From a virus, in the UHGV virus genome UHGV-0113858: a stretch of 64,000 nt of DNA; one strand, written 5' to 3'. This document shows positions 44,334-53,215 of the stretch, piece after piece. The number at the start of each line of letters is the position of its first letter. The first letter of the stretch is position 1. The translations under genes were made by a program, and so were the position numbers. The notes under the pieces were generated by a model, which was not told where the DNA came from, made no database searches, and saw nothing but the letters and a program-made list of their open reading frames with translations.

Positions 44334-44374
44334 ACCAGGCCGGGGCGCAAGCCCACACGAACAAAAATATTTTT
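44334..44374. repeat. about 41-bp hairpin-containing element (copy B)
   Basis: CCAGGCCGGGGCGCAAGCCCACACGAACAAAAATATTTTTA. Confidence 0.45.
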
Positions 44375-44395
44375 AATTTATTTTCATCCAGGGTA

Positions 44396-44424
44396 TTGAC
44401 GCGGGGATCACTATCACTTAATAT
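44396..44424 (+). promoter_or_regulatory. sigma70 promoter with about 150-nt structured leader
   Basis: TTGACG, 17-nt spacer, TAATAT. The leader contains CCGGGG...CCCCCGG hairpins. Confidence 0.5.
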
Positions 44425-44579
44425 TCATTTCACCGGGGCGGGGTGAATCCAAGGCCCCCGGTTGAAATAGTGGGGCGTGGAGTAAAGCGCAAGCGATGAG
44501 GATTCAATCTGGCCCGGAAAGGTGAGGATCTCCAAAATCCAGGGCAAAACAAAATTACATCTACTGAAGAGGCTACAAC

Positions 44580-44747
44580 ATGAAAAACATTTCTTTTACT
44601 ACCCGTGACCAGGCCCGCGCTTTTACCCGTAATGTTAACAGCAAGGTAACCACGGCGGCGCGTTTACGTCAACCTGTTAAAGATGGCGCCGGGCAATGGG
44701 TTATCCCTGGAATTAACCACGGTAAAACCTTATCCCTGGCTAAATAA
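44580..44747 (+). CDS. small basic protein (55 aa)
   Basis: GAAGAGGCTACAAC SD; product MKNISFTTRDQARAF...; not in the track. Confidence 0.4.
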   Translation: MKNISFTTRDQARAFTRNVNSKVTTAARLRQPVKDGAGQWVIPGINHGKTLSLAK

Positions 44748-44840
44748 AATATTTTATCCTGGGCGCTTGCTTTCAGTTAGCGCCTTTGATAAAGTGTTTT
44801 CTCAGGCGGCAAGGGCCGCGATAAATCGAGGTAAAAAGCA

Positions 44841-45626
44841 ATGTCTACGTTTAAACTTAATAATGGTCTGGTTGTCAACTCAGAATCCGAGATCGTGCAT
44901 AGTGTACCGGGTAAAAAATCCACAGCAAAAAAGGGTTATGTATTATATAAAGGCCCGTCAGTTCTGGATAAGGCCCCGATCGTGGTCATTGCTACAATGT
45001 CAACCGCTAACGATAAAACCGGCGATATGATCCAGACCTGGATCATGCGGGAAGATGTTAGCCCACTGGAAGCGAGCGCTAAAAAACTTGATTCATCTGT
45101 TTGCGGTATGTGTCCCCATCGTACCAGCTTAAACGGCGCTTGTTATGTGACGTTACACCAGGCCCCGCTGGCAGTCTGGAAGTCTTACAAAAAAGGCAAC
45201 TATAAAGATCTTGATTCTCGCGATCTGGTACATTTTGCGGGGCGTTATATCCGTTTAGGTTCCTACGGTGATCCGGCGGCGGTCCCTTTTGAGGTATGGC
45301 AAAACATGGTCAACCATACGCAAGGAAACACGGGATACACTCACCAGATCCACCATAAGAATTTTGATCATCGTATCGCTACCATTTGCCAGATCTCAGC
45401 CGATACGGAGAAACAAGCGATCACAGCATGGGGCCAGGGTTATAAAACTTTCCGCGTGAAAACTCCCAACATGCGCCGCTTGGAAGGTGAGATCACTTGC
45501 GTTAATACAACTCACAATATCAGCTGTTTAGATTGCGGATTGTGCGACGGTAAACGCGCCAACGTCGTGATCGACGTTCACGGCAGATCCGCAAAAAGAT
45601 TCGATAAATTCGAACGTATCATTTGA
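44841..45626 (+). CDS. Cys-rich hypothetical protein (261 aa)
   Basis: CGAGGTAAAAAGCA SD; motifs CGMCPH and CLDCGLCDG. Confidence 0.6.
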   Translation: MSTFKLNNGLVVNSESEIVHSVPGKKSTAKKGYVLYKGPSVLDKAPIVVIATMSTANDKTGDMIQTWIMREDVSPLEASAKKLDSSVCGMCPHRTSLNGACYVTLHQAPLAVWKSYKKGNYKDLDSRDLVHFAGRYIRLGSYGDPAAVPFEVWQNMVNHTQGNTGYTHQIHHKNFDHRIATICQISADTEKQAITAWGQGYKTFRVKTPNMRRLEGEITCVNTTHNISCLDCGLCDGKRANVVIDVHGRSAKRFDKFERII

Positions 45627-45651
45627 CAACCGCCACACGATAACAGATAAT
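45623..45651 (+). promoter_or_regulatory. sigma70 promoter
   Basis: TTGACA, 17-nt spacer, GATAAT, followed by 5' hairpin GCCGGGGAATTCTCCCCGGC. Confidence 0.5.
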
Positions 45652-45699
45652 ACAAATCAGCCGGGGAATTCTCCCCGGCCCTAGCAAGGGTAAAATATC

Positions 45700-45969
45700 A
45701 TGGCAATGAATCTCAGGTCTTTAAAGCTTATGCGCGATTTTAACAAGTGTTTTCACCAGGTCGCCCAGTATGGCGAGTGTATCAGCATATCAAAAGAGGC
45801 CTACAACGTGGATCACTTCCATCACGGCCCTGATTGCCTGATCTCAGTCCTTGTTAAAAAATTTAACTATCTTGGGCATGAATTCACCTTTAAGATCTCA
45901 GATCTTGATAATAAATATTATCTAGCTGGCGATATATGCGCCGCTGGCTGGAAAGATTTAAGAAAATAA
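45700..45969 (+). CDS. hypothetical protein (89 aa)
   Basis: AAGGGTAAAATATC SD. Confidence 0.5.
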   Translation: MAMNLRSLKLMRDFNKCFHQVAQYGECISISKEAYNVDHFHHGPDCLISVLVKKFNYLGHEFTFKISDLDNKYYLAGDICAAGWKDLRK

Positions 45970-45972
45970 TAT

Positions 45973-46002
45973 TTGACACCAGGCCCGGAAAGGGCCTATA
46001 AT
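45973..46002 (+). promoter_or_regulatory. consensus sigma70 promoter with hairpin in the spacer
   Basis: TTGACA, 18-nt spacer CCAGGCCCGGAAAGGGCC, TATAAT. Confidence 0.6.
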
Positions 46003-46045
46003 TACCAGGCACCAACAAACTAAACACTAAACGAGGTAAAATATC

Positions 46046-46558
46046 ATGGGCTGGACTGGCATTTATTCTAATCTTAATAACAAAAAATTTGTTGAAAATT
46101 ATCTGACTGATAACCGCGTGATCGAAACTTCTGTTGTAGGCAATGAAGTTTATCAACTTGCAAGGGCGAGGGATGAAAGTCTTTACATTCGTGTAACAAT
46201 TCTTTCCCGTAAAGATGGTATGGTTTTTTATAAGGATATGGATGAATCTTGCGGCCCGTGTTATTACAACTGTCCTGAAAAATTCCTTAAGCTATCCACG
46301 CAAAAAGATGAATTTTCCGTTAATTGGCGCGCCGCTTGCCGTCAACATGCTAAATACAAAAAAGAGCAGAAAGCATTGATTGATCGGATCAAGATCCTGA
46401 AAAATGGTGATCGCGTGGAAATGATATCCGGGCGCGTGGTAGTCTTTGAGTTCCCCCATAACCGCGCCCGATTTGCTGGACGTCTGGCGGACGTTGCACC
46501 AGGTAAACAAAATTCTCTTTTTGCATGGTCTTATAAAGACGTTGCAAAGATTCTTTAA
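46046..46558 (+). CDS. hypothetical protein (170 aa)
   Basis: ACGAGGTAAAATATC SD. Confidence 0.55.
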   Translation: MGWTGIYSNLNNKKFVENYLTDNRVIETSVVGNEVYQLARARDESLYIRVTILSRKDGMVFYKDMDESCGPCYYNCPEKFLKLSTQKDEFSVNWRAACRQHAKYKKEQKALIDRIKILKNGDRVEMISGRVVVFEFPHNRARFAGRLADVAPGKQNSLFAWSYKDVAKIL

Positions 46559-46617
46559 ACCGCTATACTGATTAAAGCCGGGGAATTGTCCCCGGCATAA
46601 CCTAAAAGGTAAACAAA

Positions 46618-46995
46618 ATGGCCTACATGAATAAAGAGAAGAAAGCGAAAATTGTTGAAGCAGTGAAAGCTGTATTGCCAAAAGGCTGGAAAGCAACATT
46701 TGCGATCCGTCACTATTCAACTATTGTTTGCACTATCCGATCCGCGCCGCTGGATCTCAAAGATGCCTTTCATCGTACCCGTGATGATTGGGATTTTCTA
46801 ACGATTAATACCTATCACGCTGAAAAGCAATGTAAGAATAAAGATATCGCCGATAAATTAGAAAAAATCATTGCAGCGTTAAATCTTGATAATTACGATA
46901 ACAGCGATATAATGACAGATTATTTTGATGTCGGTCATTATGTAGATCTTAAGTTCGGATCATGGGATAAGCCATTTAAAAACAGCGCTGCGTAA
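46618..46995 (+). CDS. hypothetical protein (125 aa)
   Basis: Promoter TTGCAA-16-TATACT, 5' hairpin GCCGGGGAATTGTCCCCGGC, AAAAGGTAAACAAA SD. Confidence 0.55.
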   Translation: MAYMNKEKKAKIVEAVKAVLPKGWKATFAIRHYSTIVCTIRSAPLDLKDAFHRTRDDWDFLTINTYHAEKQCKNKDIADKLEKIIAALNLDNYDNSDIMTDYFDVGHYVDLKFGSWDKPFKNSAA

Positions 46996-46996
46996 T

Positions 46997-47359
46997 ATGA
47001 AAGAATTGTTGATTCTACTCATATTTTGTTATTATGCAAAAATACACGCCAGATCCTGGCGTGTTATAAAATGGTTTTACTACTGGTACAGGGTTAAAAC
47101 AATGTTCCACTATATAGAATATCGCTTCCAGGGGGAGGATTACCACACCAGGCGATCCGGGCCGTTGAATGATCTGGAGGGTAGCGGCCTGATATGTGAG
47201 ATTAAACACCGGGGCGGCGTGGTCCTGGTACATAAAGAGGGATCCTTCGACTACATCGAAGAGCTGATCGAATATCGCAAAAAACAGATCGCGGAATGGC
47301 GATCGGAAACATACAACCACAGGGGATCAAGATATGACAGCAAAAAGCCGCAACTTTGA
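46997..47359 (+). CDS. hypothetical protein (120 aa)
   Basis: TAATATG overlap with the upstream stop. Confidence 0.5.
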   Translation: MKELLILLIFCYYAKIHARSWRVIKWFYYWYRVKTMFHYIEYRFQGEDYHTRRSGPLNDLEGSGLICEIKHRGGVVLVHKEGSFDYIEELIEYRKKQIAEWRSETYNHRGSRYDSKKPQL

Positions 47360-47549
47360 GAAGATGACAAGCCAGCGCGATCGCCTTGCTTTTGGTGAGA
47401 CTAACGAGCGGCGCGAGCGTAACAATAAACGGCATAAGCCGGAACGGATCGCGGTTCAATGGTCGCCGGACCAGTATGATCCGAAGTTGAATAAACGCCT
47501 TGCGGATCGTAAACGTAATTTGCAGCGATACGCCGTAGCAGGTGAATAA
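47334..47549 (+). CDS. basic hypothetical protein (71 aa)
   Basis: ORF track. Confidence 0.4.
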   Translation: MTAKSRNFEKMTSQRDRLAFGETNERRERNNKRHKPERIAVQWSPDQYDPKLNKRLADRKRNLQRYAVAGE

Positions 47550-47553
47550 CCAG

Positions 47554-47580
47554 GCCGGGGATAATTCCCCGGCTTTTTTA
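47554..47580 (+). terminator. rho-independent terminator
   Basis: GCCGGGG-ATAATT-CCCCGGC followed by TTTTTT. Confidence 0.7.
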
Positions 47581-47608
47581 TGCAAAATAGTGAATATGGC
47601 GAGATCTC
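47578..47608. repeat. 31-bp box TTATGCAAAATAGTGAATATGGCGAGATCTC (copy 1)
   Basis: Identical to the copy at 51312..51342. Each copy precedes a 250-300 bp gene-free stretch. Confidence 0.6.
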
Positions 47609-47882
47609 AGCGCAGCAATGCACTTACCAGGGTTACACATTGAAGCGCTTAGAATCGATTTGAGGGCGTTTTAGATGGTATCCGATAACCGCGCCCCGCT
47701 CAAAACGCCGAAAATTTAGTTACCGGTTGAAACTAATTGCATAACAGCGATTTTCTATGCACATCACTGCATATGAGAACAGTTCTCAACAATTCTTAAA
47801 AATATTTGTTGCATCCTGGCGGCGTTATGCTATCCTTTAATCAGTGGCGGAATTCACCGCCACACTGAAAAAGGTAAACACT

Positions 47883-48059
47883 ATGGAAAAGCAAAACATG
47901 TATAAAACGGCCTATAGTTCTGAATTTTGTTGTTATGTTGGGATTAATCGCGCTTGGAAAGATTCAAATGGTAAATGGATTTTTGAGTGCTCAAATGTGG
48001 CAAAGGGCCTGGATAACTTCCTTTTTCGTGAGTCAGAACTAGAAAAATTTTGTCTTTAA
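47883..48059 (+). CDS. small protein (about 58 aa)
   Basis: Start at MEKQNMYK after an AAAAGGTAAACACT SD. The longer track ORF begins upstream at a weaker site. Confidence 0.45.
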   Translation: MEKQNMYKTAYSSEFCCYVGINRAWKDSNGKWIFECSNVAKGLDNFLFRESELEKFCL

Positions 48060-48062
48060 TTG

Positions 48063-48091
48063 TTGACAAGCCAAGTCAAAAGGCCTATTAT
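48063..48091 (+). promoter_or_regulatory. sigma70 promoter
   Basis: TTGACA, 17-nt spacer, TATTAT, then 5' hairpin GGCGGGAATAGGTCCCGCC. Confidence 0.55.
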
Positions 48092-48139
48092 TCTCAATAA
48101 GGCGGGAATAGGTCCCGCCACCAGCTGGAAGGTAAAGAT

Positions 48140-48391
48140 ATGACAATTGTAAATGAAATCAAAAAACCTGGTATCGTTATTCGTGATATCTCCTCGGATT
48201 TTGGGGACGGAACTTATGACGTGTTGATCACGGATGAAAAAGGTAATTGCAGGTACTCACCCGAAGTTTTTAACACGGCAGAAAGCGCCGAAAAATATGC
48301 TCTTGCTGTTAATGATTTTTCTTGGTGGGATCAATACTTTAACAGTAAAGAGGCGGCCAGTGTCTGGGAATTGGTTAAACGCGTAAAATAA
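48140..48391 (+). CDS. hypothetical protein (83 aa)
   Basis: GGAAGGTAAAGAT SD. Confidence 0.5.
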   Translation: MTIVNEIKKPGIVIRDISSDFGDGTYDVLITDEKGNCRYSPEVFNTAESAEKYALAVNDFSWWDQYFNSKEAASVWELVKRVK

Positions 48392-48394
48392 CAG

Positions 48395-48424
48395 TTGACA
48401 CTGGTTAATGTGTGGGATTATACT
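48395..48424 (+). promoter_or_regulatory. sigma70 promoter
   Basis: TTGACA, 17-18 nt spacer, TTATAC/TATACT. Confidence 0.45.
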
Positions 48425-48469
48425 TCCTACACATTGACAAGTGAAACAATTAACCAAAAGGTAAACAAC

Positions 48470-48754
48470 ATGCAAAACGTAAAATCTAACATCGCCGATC
48501 TTGAATCAAAATTCCTGGGTAAAATGGTGTATCATAACTATGGTCAAATCGCTTTTGGCGTGGTAACCGGAATCGATGATCGCGATCCCAATAAATTACG
48601 TTTACGCGTGAAGTTTACCCGCAACAATACTCCGGCGCATATCAAAAAATATGACAACCGCGCGGATCGTGTTCGTTGCTTACTCCCTCAATCTGTTACC
48701 GTGTCCCGTGTTCAATATGGGATCTATAATCAGACAAACCAGATCAACAAATAA
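48470..48754 (+). CDS. hypothetical protein (about 94 aa)
   Basis: Start at MQNVKSNI after a CAAAAGGTAAACAAC SD. Confidence 0.5.
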   Translation: MQNVKSNIADLESKFLGKMVYHNYGQIAFGVVTGIDDRDPNKLRLRVKFTRNNTPAHIKKYDNRADRVRCLLPQSVTVSRVQYGIYNQTNQINK

Positions 48755-48792
48755 TCATTAACGGGGCTTTGCGCCCCATTAAGGCGGCTAAC

Positions 48793-49011
48793 ATGTTCGG
48801 ATTTATTATATTGGCTTGTCATATTTCTGTTAGTTCGATGGCATTACAATGTGATTGGAATGTTAAAAAAACATTCCCCACGGAACAGGCTTGCAACGTG
48901 TACGAAAACGAATACACGTTAGGCAAAGGCGAGCAGATTGGGATCTGCGATGAGTTAGATCCCGGCGTTAAAGAAGGCGATAAGCGCCCTATTCTCACCC
49001 TCAAAAAGTAA
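48793..49011 (+). CDS. small secreted Cys-containing protein
   Basis: 5' hairpin GGGGCTTTGCGCCCC; signal-like MFGFIILACHISVSSMA. Confidence 0.45.
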   Translation: MFGFIILACHISVSSMALQCDWNVKKTFPTEQACNVYENEYTLGKGEQIGICDELDPGVKEGDKRPILTLKK

Positions 49012-49021
49012 GGTAACGATC

Positions 49022-49225
49022 ATGTTTGAAGTATTCGCGGGTATGTGCTTTTATGGTGCGCTGGCTTTAAAACAGTGTGATGATTATGTAGTAGAAAGCT
49101 ATGATGATCAATTGACTTGCGAGATCGTCGCCGTTGACTATCAGCGCCAGGGGCGCTGGATTAATCCGGCCTGCATACCATCGCCGGAAGTCGAACCGAT
49201 GCCGGAAAGCAAAAATAATTATTGA
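49022..49225 (+). CDS. small secreted Cys-containing protein (67 aa)
   Basis: AAGGTAACGATC SD; N-terminus MFEVFAGMCFYGALALKQC. Confidence 0.45.
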   Translation: MFEVFAGMCFYGALALKQCDDYVVESYDDQLTCEIVAVDYQRQGRWINPACIPSPEVEPMPESKNNY

Positions 49226-49250
49226 TCCCCCGGCCCGGTTAGGTTATATT
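49222..49250 (+). promoter_or_regulatory. sigma70 promoter with GC-rich spacer
   Basis: TTGATC, 17-nt spacer CCCCGGCCCGGTTAGGT, TATATT. Confidence 0.5.
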
Positions 49251-49296
49251 ACTTGGACCGGGCAAGATTGGCCCACTAACAAAAAGGTAAAATAGT

Positions 49297-49620
49297 ATGG
49301 AAAAGGCAAACAAATTTTTCTTTCTGGAAAATGTTAACGATAATGTTAATTGCGACTTTAATCGCCAGGGTGAAAAAACCATGTTAGTATTTTGTCATGA
49401 GAATGACAGCGAACAAACTGACCGTTTAACTGTCCTGATCCGCACTGAAAAATCCATTCAATCCCATAGCGGGAAACTTGAAAACCGTCATTTTATCGCC
49501 TACACGCTTGAAAGAAGCGGAGTAACAATAAAACAGGCTGACAGCCTGCCTATAACTACCCCGGATCTAGTCTGGATGTTTACAACTGCTATTGTTAACG
49601 ATGTTTTCCGTGCTGACTAA
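49297..49620 (+). CDS. hypothetical protein (107 aa)
   Basis: AAAAAGGTAAAATAGT SD. Confidence 0.5.
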   Translation: MEKANKFFFLENVNDNVNCDFNRQGEKTMLVFCHENDSEQTDRLTVLIRTEKSIQSHSGKLENRHFIAYTLERSGVTIKQADSLPITTPDLVWMFTTAIVNDVFRAD

Positions 49621-49727
49621 TTGAGAAAATTAATCTGAAAAGTCGCTTGCAAACGTGAGCGACTTTTATTATATTTAATGCACAGGGCGGCAATGGTGCG
49701 ACGGCCCAAAAATCGAGGTAAAACAGA

Positions 49728-50498
49728 ATGACCACTAAAATCACCGTTACTTATTACATCGACTCCGGTAAGCTGAATGCAATGTATACATTGCGCCGCC
49801 GTAATTTTGGTGGTGGCGTTTTTGCAGATTCTTACATTTGCAATCTTTCAACCGATCCCCAAAAAGCAGAAAATAAAGCAAAGGAATATTTTGATCGAGT
49901 AACCGCGCGGATCGCCAATACAGAAAACTTTGAGCAAGTTTTTGCAGGCTATGCGGATTTTGAGCTGGGGCAACGTCGCGGTAAATTGTCGATCGTCGAT
50001 ACCGCCCGGATCGAAGAAATCGAAGCGGGGCGCTTTCCGTTTGGCAAGCATTGCGGTAAAACGTTTGCCGATGTTAAAGAATCCTATGTTTTATTTTTTG
50101 CCGATATGGCAAACAAGCCAGACAACGGCCCGGTAATGGAAGCATTAAGCGCGGCATGTTTGGGTTATGCTCTTGATCATGGTTACATTGCAGCCCGTGA
50201 CCAAAAACGCGCCGAGCGTAAAGCCGAGGATTTAAAAAGCAATTGGATCGGCAACATTGGCGATCGCCTGGTTTTTGAGGGTGAGATTATTTTCTCTTAT
50301 CTGAAAATTGATGAATGGAGTTTATCATCTTACTATATTATAAAAATTCGCCAGGGTGACGATCTGGTTACCTACATCGGATCAAAAGAGTTAGGCCCGG
50401 TTGGAGCGGTTATTAAGTTTAAAGCTACCGTCAAAAAACATGATACCTATCAGGACGTCAAAACGACCGTTGTAAACCGTCCCGCCATTCTGGCATAG
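49728..50498 (+). CDS. hypothetical protein (256 aa)
   Basis: TCGAGGTAAAACAGA SD. Confidence 0.6.
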   Translation: MTTKITVTYYIDSGKLNAMYTLRRRNFGGGVFADSYICNLSTDPQKAENKAKEYFDRVTARIANTENFEQVFAGYADFELGQRRGKLSIVDTARIEEIEAGRFPFGKHCGKTFADVKESYVLFFADMANKPDNGPVMEALSAACLGYALDHGYIAARDQKRAERKAEDLKSNWIGNIGDRLVFEGEIIFSYLKIDEWSLSSYYIIKIRQGDDLVTYIGSKELGPVGAVIKFKATVKKHDTYQDVKTTVVNRPAILA

Positions 50499-50547
50499 TG
50501 TACACCAGGCCCCGGATCGCCGGGGCAACTTTTACTGGTAAATGCAA

Positions 50548-50700
50548 ATGATACGTTTTCTCAATATGCGATCTGGTAAAATTTACCGCTGGATTGAAAA
50601 CCGCGTTTTAGTTGAAACGCCAAAAGGCTGGCGACGTGTAGATCACTTGCGCCCCGCCGATCTGGCTTGCTTTCCTTTCATGGGGATTAAAAAATGATTA
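50548..50700 (+). CDS. micro-protein (50 aa)
   Basis: GGTAAATGCAA SD; ATGA overlap with the next gene; not in the track. Confidence 0.3.
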
Positions 50701-51161
50701 GTGTACGAATGTTTTATTACGATGAATTATCAGACCAGGCAAAAGCCGCCGCCCGCGCTAACGTTGTGATCCCCGAGGTGGAAGCACTGATCCGTAATGT
50801 TGGCAACGCTCGCCAGGCCTGGAAGGAAAACATTCACCGGGCAATTAATGACCCTTATCACGTGCGCCGGATCTACAATGGACAAATGGCGCTTTACAAA
50901 ATCCGGCACCAGGGCGAGGCTTATTTGATACCCTACATCCGGCAAAACTGCACAATTTATCTGGCCGATGGATCATATGTTTACTATGATTGCAACAAAA
51001 AACGGATCGCTATTGTTAACAGTGGTTATCATGGATTATTACCCGACGATCTCCAGGTGGCGGCGCGTGATGAATATGTGAGGGTAAACGAGCGAGGCCC
51101 GGCATACTTTAGAAAATTATATTCCGACATTGCAAAGGCGAAGAGATCCGGCCCAGCATGA
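50694..51161 (+). CDS. hypothetical protein (155 aa)
   Basis: ORF track. Confidence 0.55.
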   Translation: MISVRMFYYDELSDQAKAAARANVVIPEVEALIRNVGNARQAWKENIHRAINDPYHVRRIYNGQMALYKIRHQGEAYLIPYIRQNCTIYLADGSYVYYDCNKKRIAIVNSGYHGLLPDDLQVAARDEYVRVNERGPAYFRKLYSDIAKAKRSGPA

Positions 51162-51311
51162 TAGGAAAAATCTTTACAATTCCAGGGCTTGTTTTCGGTC
51201 CTGGTTTTTGTTATTCTGTTTTTGAAGCGGCAACGATGGACACCGGAGGAAAGTCACCGGAGGTGCCCGCTATTATGGTAATGAGAATTACTCTCAACAA
51301 CACCTAAAATC

Positions 51312-51342
51312 TTATGCAAAATAGTGAATATGGCGAGATCTC
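51312..51342. repeat. 31-bp box TTATGCAAAATAGTGAATATGGCGAGATCTC (copy 2)
   Basis: Exact repeat of 47578..47608. Confidence 0.6.
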
Positions 51343-51529
51343 CGCTAAAATGGACTAGGGTACAGCCTGGACGAAAAACCGCTTAAAACTCGTTACAGGA
51401 CGTTTAAAGGCCATATAAAAACAGCTTGACACGGGAAAACGGCTAAAAAGTAATTTCACCATGAAATCAATTGCATAGCGATGCATAAAGATGCAAAAAG
51501 TGAATAATGTAAAGATACGTAAAAGTCTA

Positions 51530-51558
51530 TTGACAGCGACCCCCGCTTATATTATTAT
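51530..51558 (+). promoter_or_regulatory. sigma70 promoter
   Basis: TTGACA, 17-nt spacer, TATTAT. A second weaker TTGACA lies at 51426. Confidence 0.5.
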
Positions 51559-51606
51559 TTATCTCGTAGGGCAAACAAACGAAAACAACTTAACGAGGTA
51601 AACATC

Positions 51607-51978
51607 ATGCGCTTAACTAACTTTGACCGTTACTACATCCGCGACGAACAAGCCAGCGCTTTCGGGTATGATCGTTCTATGTGTATGCAGCAGCACAAAG
51701 AAGGCGCACGTTTACACGTTGAAACCGTTGCTTTTGAAAATTATTTCATGGCTACTTTTACCGATGGTTTGCAAATGTCTATTGAGTTTAAAAATGGCGT
51801 TATGACCCTCGCAACCGAAGACAAATTTCGTAAAAAAGATCTCCGCGCTCATCCTTGTTTTGCAACTAATAAAGAATTATTGATCCGTGTTTATATCCGC
51901 CACGTTGTAGGCCGCATCGCTAACGAACAGCAGATCGCCGCCCTTGTTGATCTGGCCCTGAATCTCGATTTAAACTAA
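51607..51978 (+). CDS. hypothetical protein (123 aa)
   Basis: ACGAGGTAAACATC SD. Confidence 0.5.
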   Translation: MRLTNFDRYYIRDEQASAFGYDRSMCMQQHKEGARLHVETVAFENYFMATFTDGLQMSIEFKNGVMTLATEDKFRKKDLRAHPCFATNKELLIRVYIRHVVGRIANEQQIAALVDLALNLDLN

Positions 51979-52007
51979 TTGACAACGGGGCCGAAAGGCC
52001 CCATAAT
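51979..52007 (+). promoter_or_regulatory. sigma70 promoter with hairpin in the spacer
   Basis: TTGACA, 17-nt spacer ACGGGGCCGAAAGGCCC(C), CATAAT. Confidence 0.55.
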
Positions 52008-52040
52008 ACAGACTCACTAAACAAAACGAGGTAAACGGAA

Positions 52041-52355
52041 ATGACTAAATCTAAATTCTTTGAAATGCTGGATAAATATCTATCAAGCCATAACGAGTGG
52101 GCCAAACTTGGAAACGGTGGCGATTCATACAACGCTCGCCAGCTTAAACCCTACGTTTTCCACGAAGATCCGGCAAAACTGAAAGCATATCAAGAAAAAG
52201 ATCCGTCATATCCCTGGACCGCTCACGCATCAGGTTTTACCCTAGCTGATTGTTGGCATGTTGAAGTAATGCAACATAAAACCGCCGAGGCGGCAGAAAA
52301 GCAAGCCAAGATTTTTACCCGCTGGATCGCTGAATATAAAGAGCTTAACAAATAA
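52041..52355 (+). CDS. hypothetical protein (104 aa)
   Basis: ACGAGGTAAACGGAA SD. Confidence 0.5.
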   Translation: MTKSKFFEMLDKYLSSHNEWAKLGNGGDSYNARQLKPYVFHEDPAKLKAYQEKDPSYPWTAHASGFTLADCWHVEVMQHKTAEAAEKQAKIFTRWIAEYKELNK

Positions 52356-52403
52356 TTAAACCGGGGCGCTAGCCGCCCCGTTATCCTTTGAGGTAAAGCA
52401 ATT

Positions 52404-52634
52404 ATGATTAATATTAGTGTTGACAAGTTAGCCGAAATCATCCAGAAAGCAGGCGATGAAAAATATGGCGTAAACGATTGTTATTTCATTGGGCAGTATG
52501 AGGACGGGCGCTATTATGGTGTGTTGTCTAACAAGGTGAAAAGCCGTAGCAGCGCCGCACAATTGCGCCGCCCGGAGTTTTTAGAACAAAAGGGCCTTAA
52601 AGTAATAAAAGTAATTAAACGCAAAAAAGGTTAA
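52404..52634 (+). CDS. hypothetical protein (76 aa)
   Basis: TGAGGTAAAGCAATT SD. Confidence 0.45.
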   Translation: MINISVDKLAEIIQKAGDEKYGVNDCYFIGQYEDGRYYGVLSNKVKSRSSAAQLRRPEFLEQKGLKVIKVIKRKKG

Positions 52635-52846
52635 TGATCATGAGAACTGTAAAAGCGAAGGAATTAAAAGGCGGAATGGTCATTGAGTTACCGGACATTG
52701 CACCAGGCTTTAAGCCGGGTAGCGTCCTCATCACACAAATAGAAATCGAAGCGCCCCACATTGTGGAAGTATCTTTCTATTACAAAAAGCGCTATATGGC
52801 CGACCTTTATCACCCTGAGGCGGAATTTAAACTAATCGGTGAATGA
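52634..52846 (+). CDS. hypothetical protein (70 aa)
   Basis: ATGA overlap with the upstream gene. Confidence 0.45.
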   Translation: MIMRTVKAKELKGGMVIELPDIAPGFKPGSVLITQIEIEAPHIVEVSFYYKKRYMADLYHPEAEFKLIGE

Positions 52847-52959
52847 GGCTGTAAAGAAAAGGCAACTAATTAAAAAGCGCTTGCCTGGCCAGATGTTTTC
52901 GACTATTATTTATTTCAGGGCGGGAAGATAATCAACCCGCAAAACCGAAGGTAAATAAA

Positions 52960-53130
52960 ATGTCAAATATCCGCTACAATATCAAAAGCACTTCAAAAAC
53001 CGGTTATGTGTCTTATGTTCGCCAGGGGTCTACAACTGCTTGGACCTTTGAAGAATGTATGAAAATTGTTACTACGCTTTCAGGTGATGATCGCTATATG
53101 GGCGTTTTATTTGAGATTGAATTAGCTTAA
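52960..53130 (+). CDS. small protein (56 aa)
   Basis: CCGAAGGTAAATAAA SD; not in the track. Confidence 0.4.
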   Translation: MSNIRYNIKSTSKTGYVSYVRQGSTTAWTFEECMKIVTTLSGDDRYMGVLFEIELA

Positions 53131-53146
53131 TTAGCAAAATAACACC

Positions 53147-53172
53147 GGGGCGCTATTGCAGCGCCCTTTTTC
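53147..53172 (+). terminator. rho-independent terminator
   Basis: GGGCGCT-ATTGC-AGCGCCC followed by TTTTTCGTCT. Confidence 0.7.
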
Positions 53173-53215
53173 GTCTGTTATTCTTCTATCTCCTTCATTA
53201 AACGAGTAACACCAA

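Noticed and set aside
49640-49678. Hairpin AGTCGCT...AGCGACT followed by TTTTATTATATTT, considered as a terminator.
   Set aside because: The -35 (TTGCAA) and -10 (TATATT) of a plausible promoter overlap the same stem, so its role (terminator, promoter or both) is ambiguous. It is not listed as a feature.
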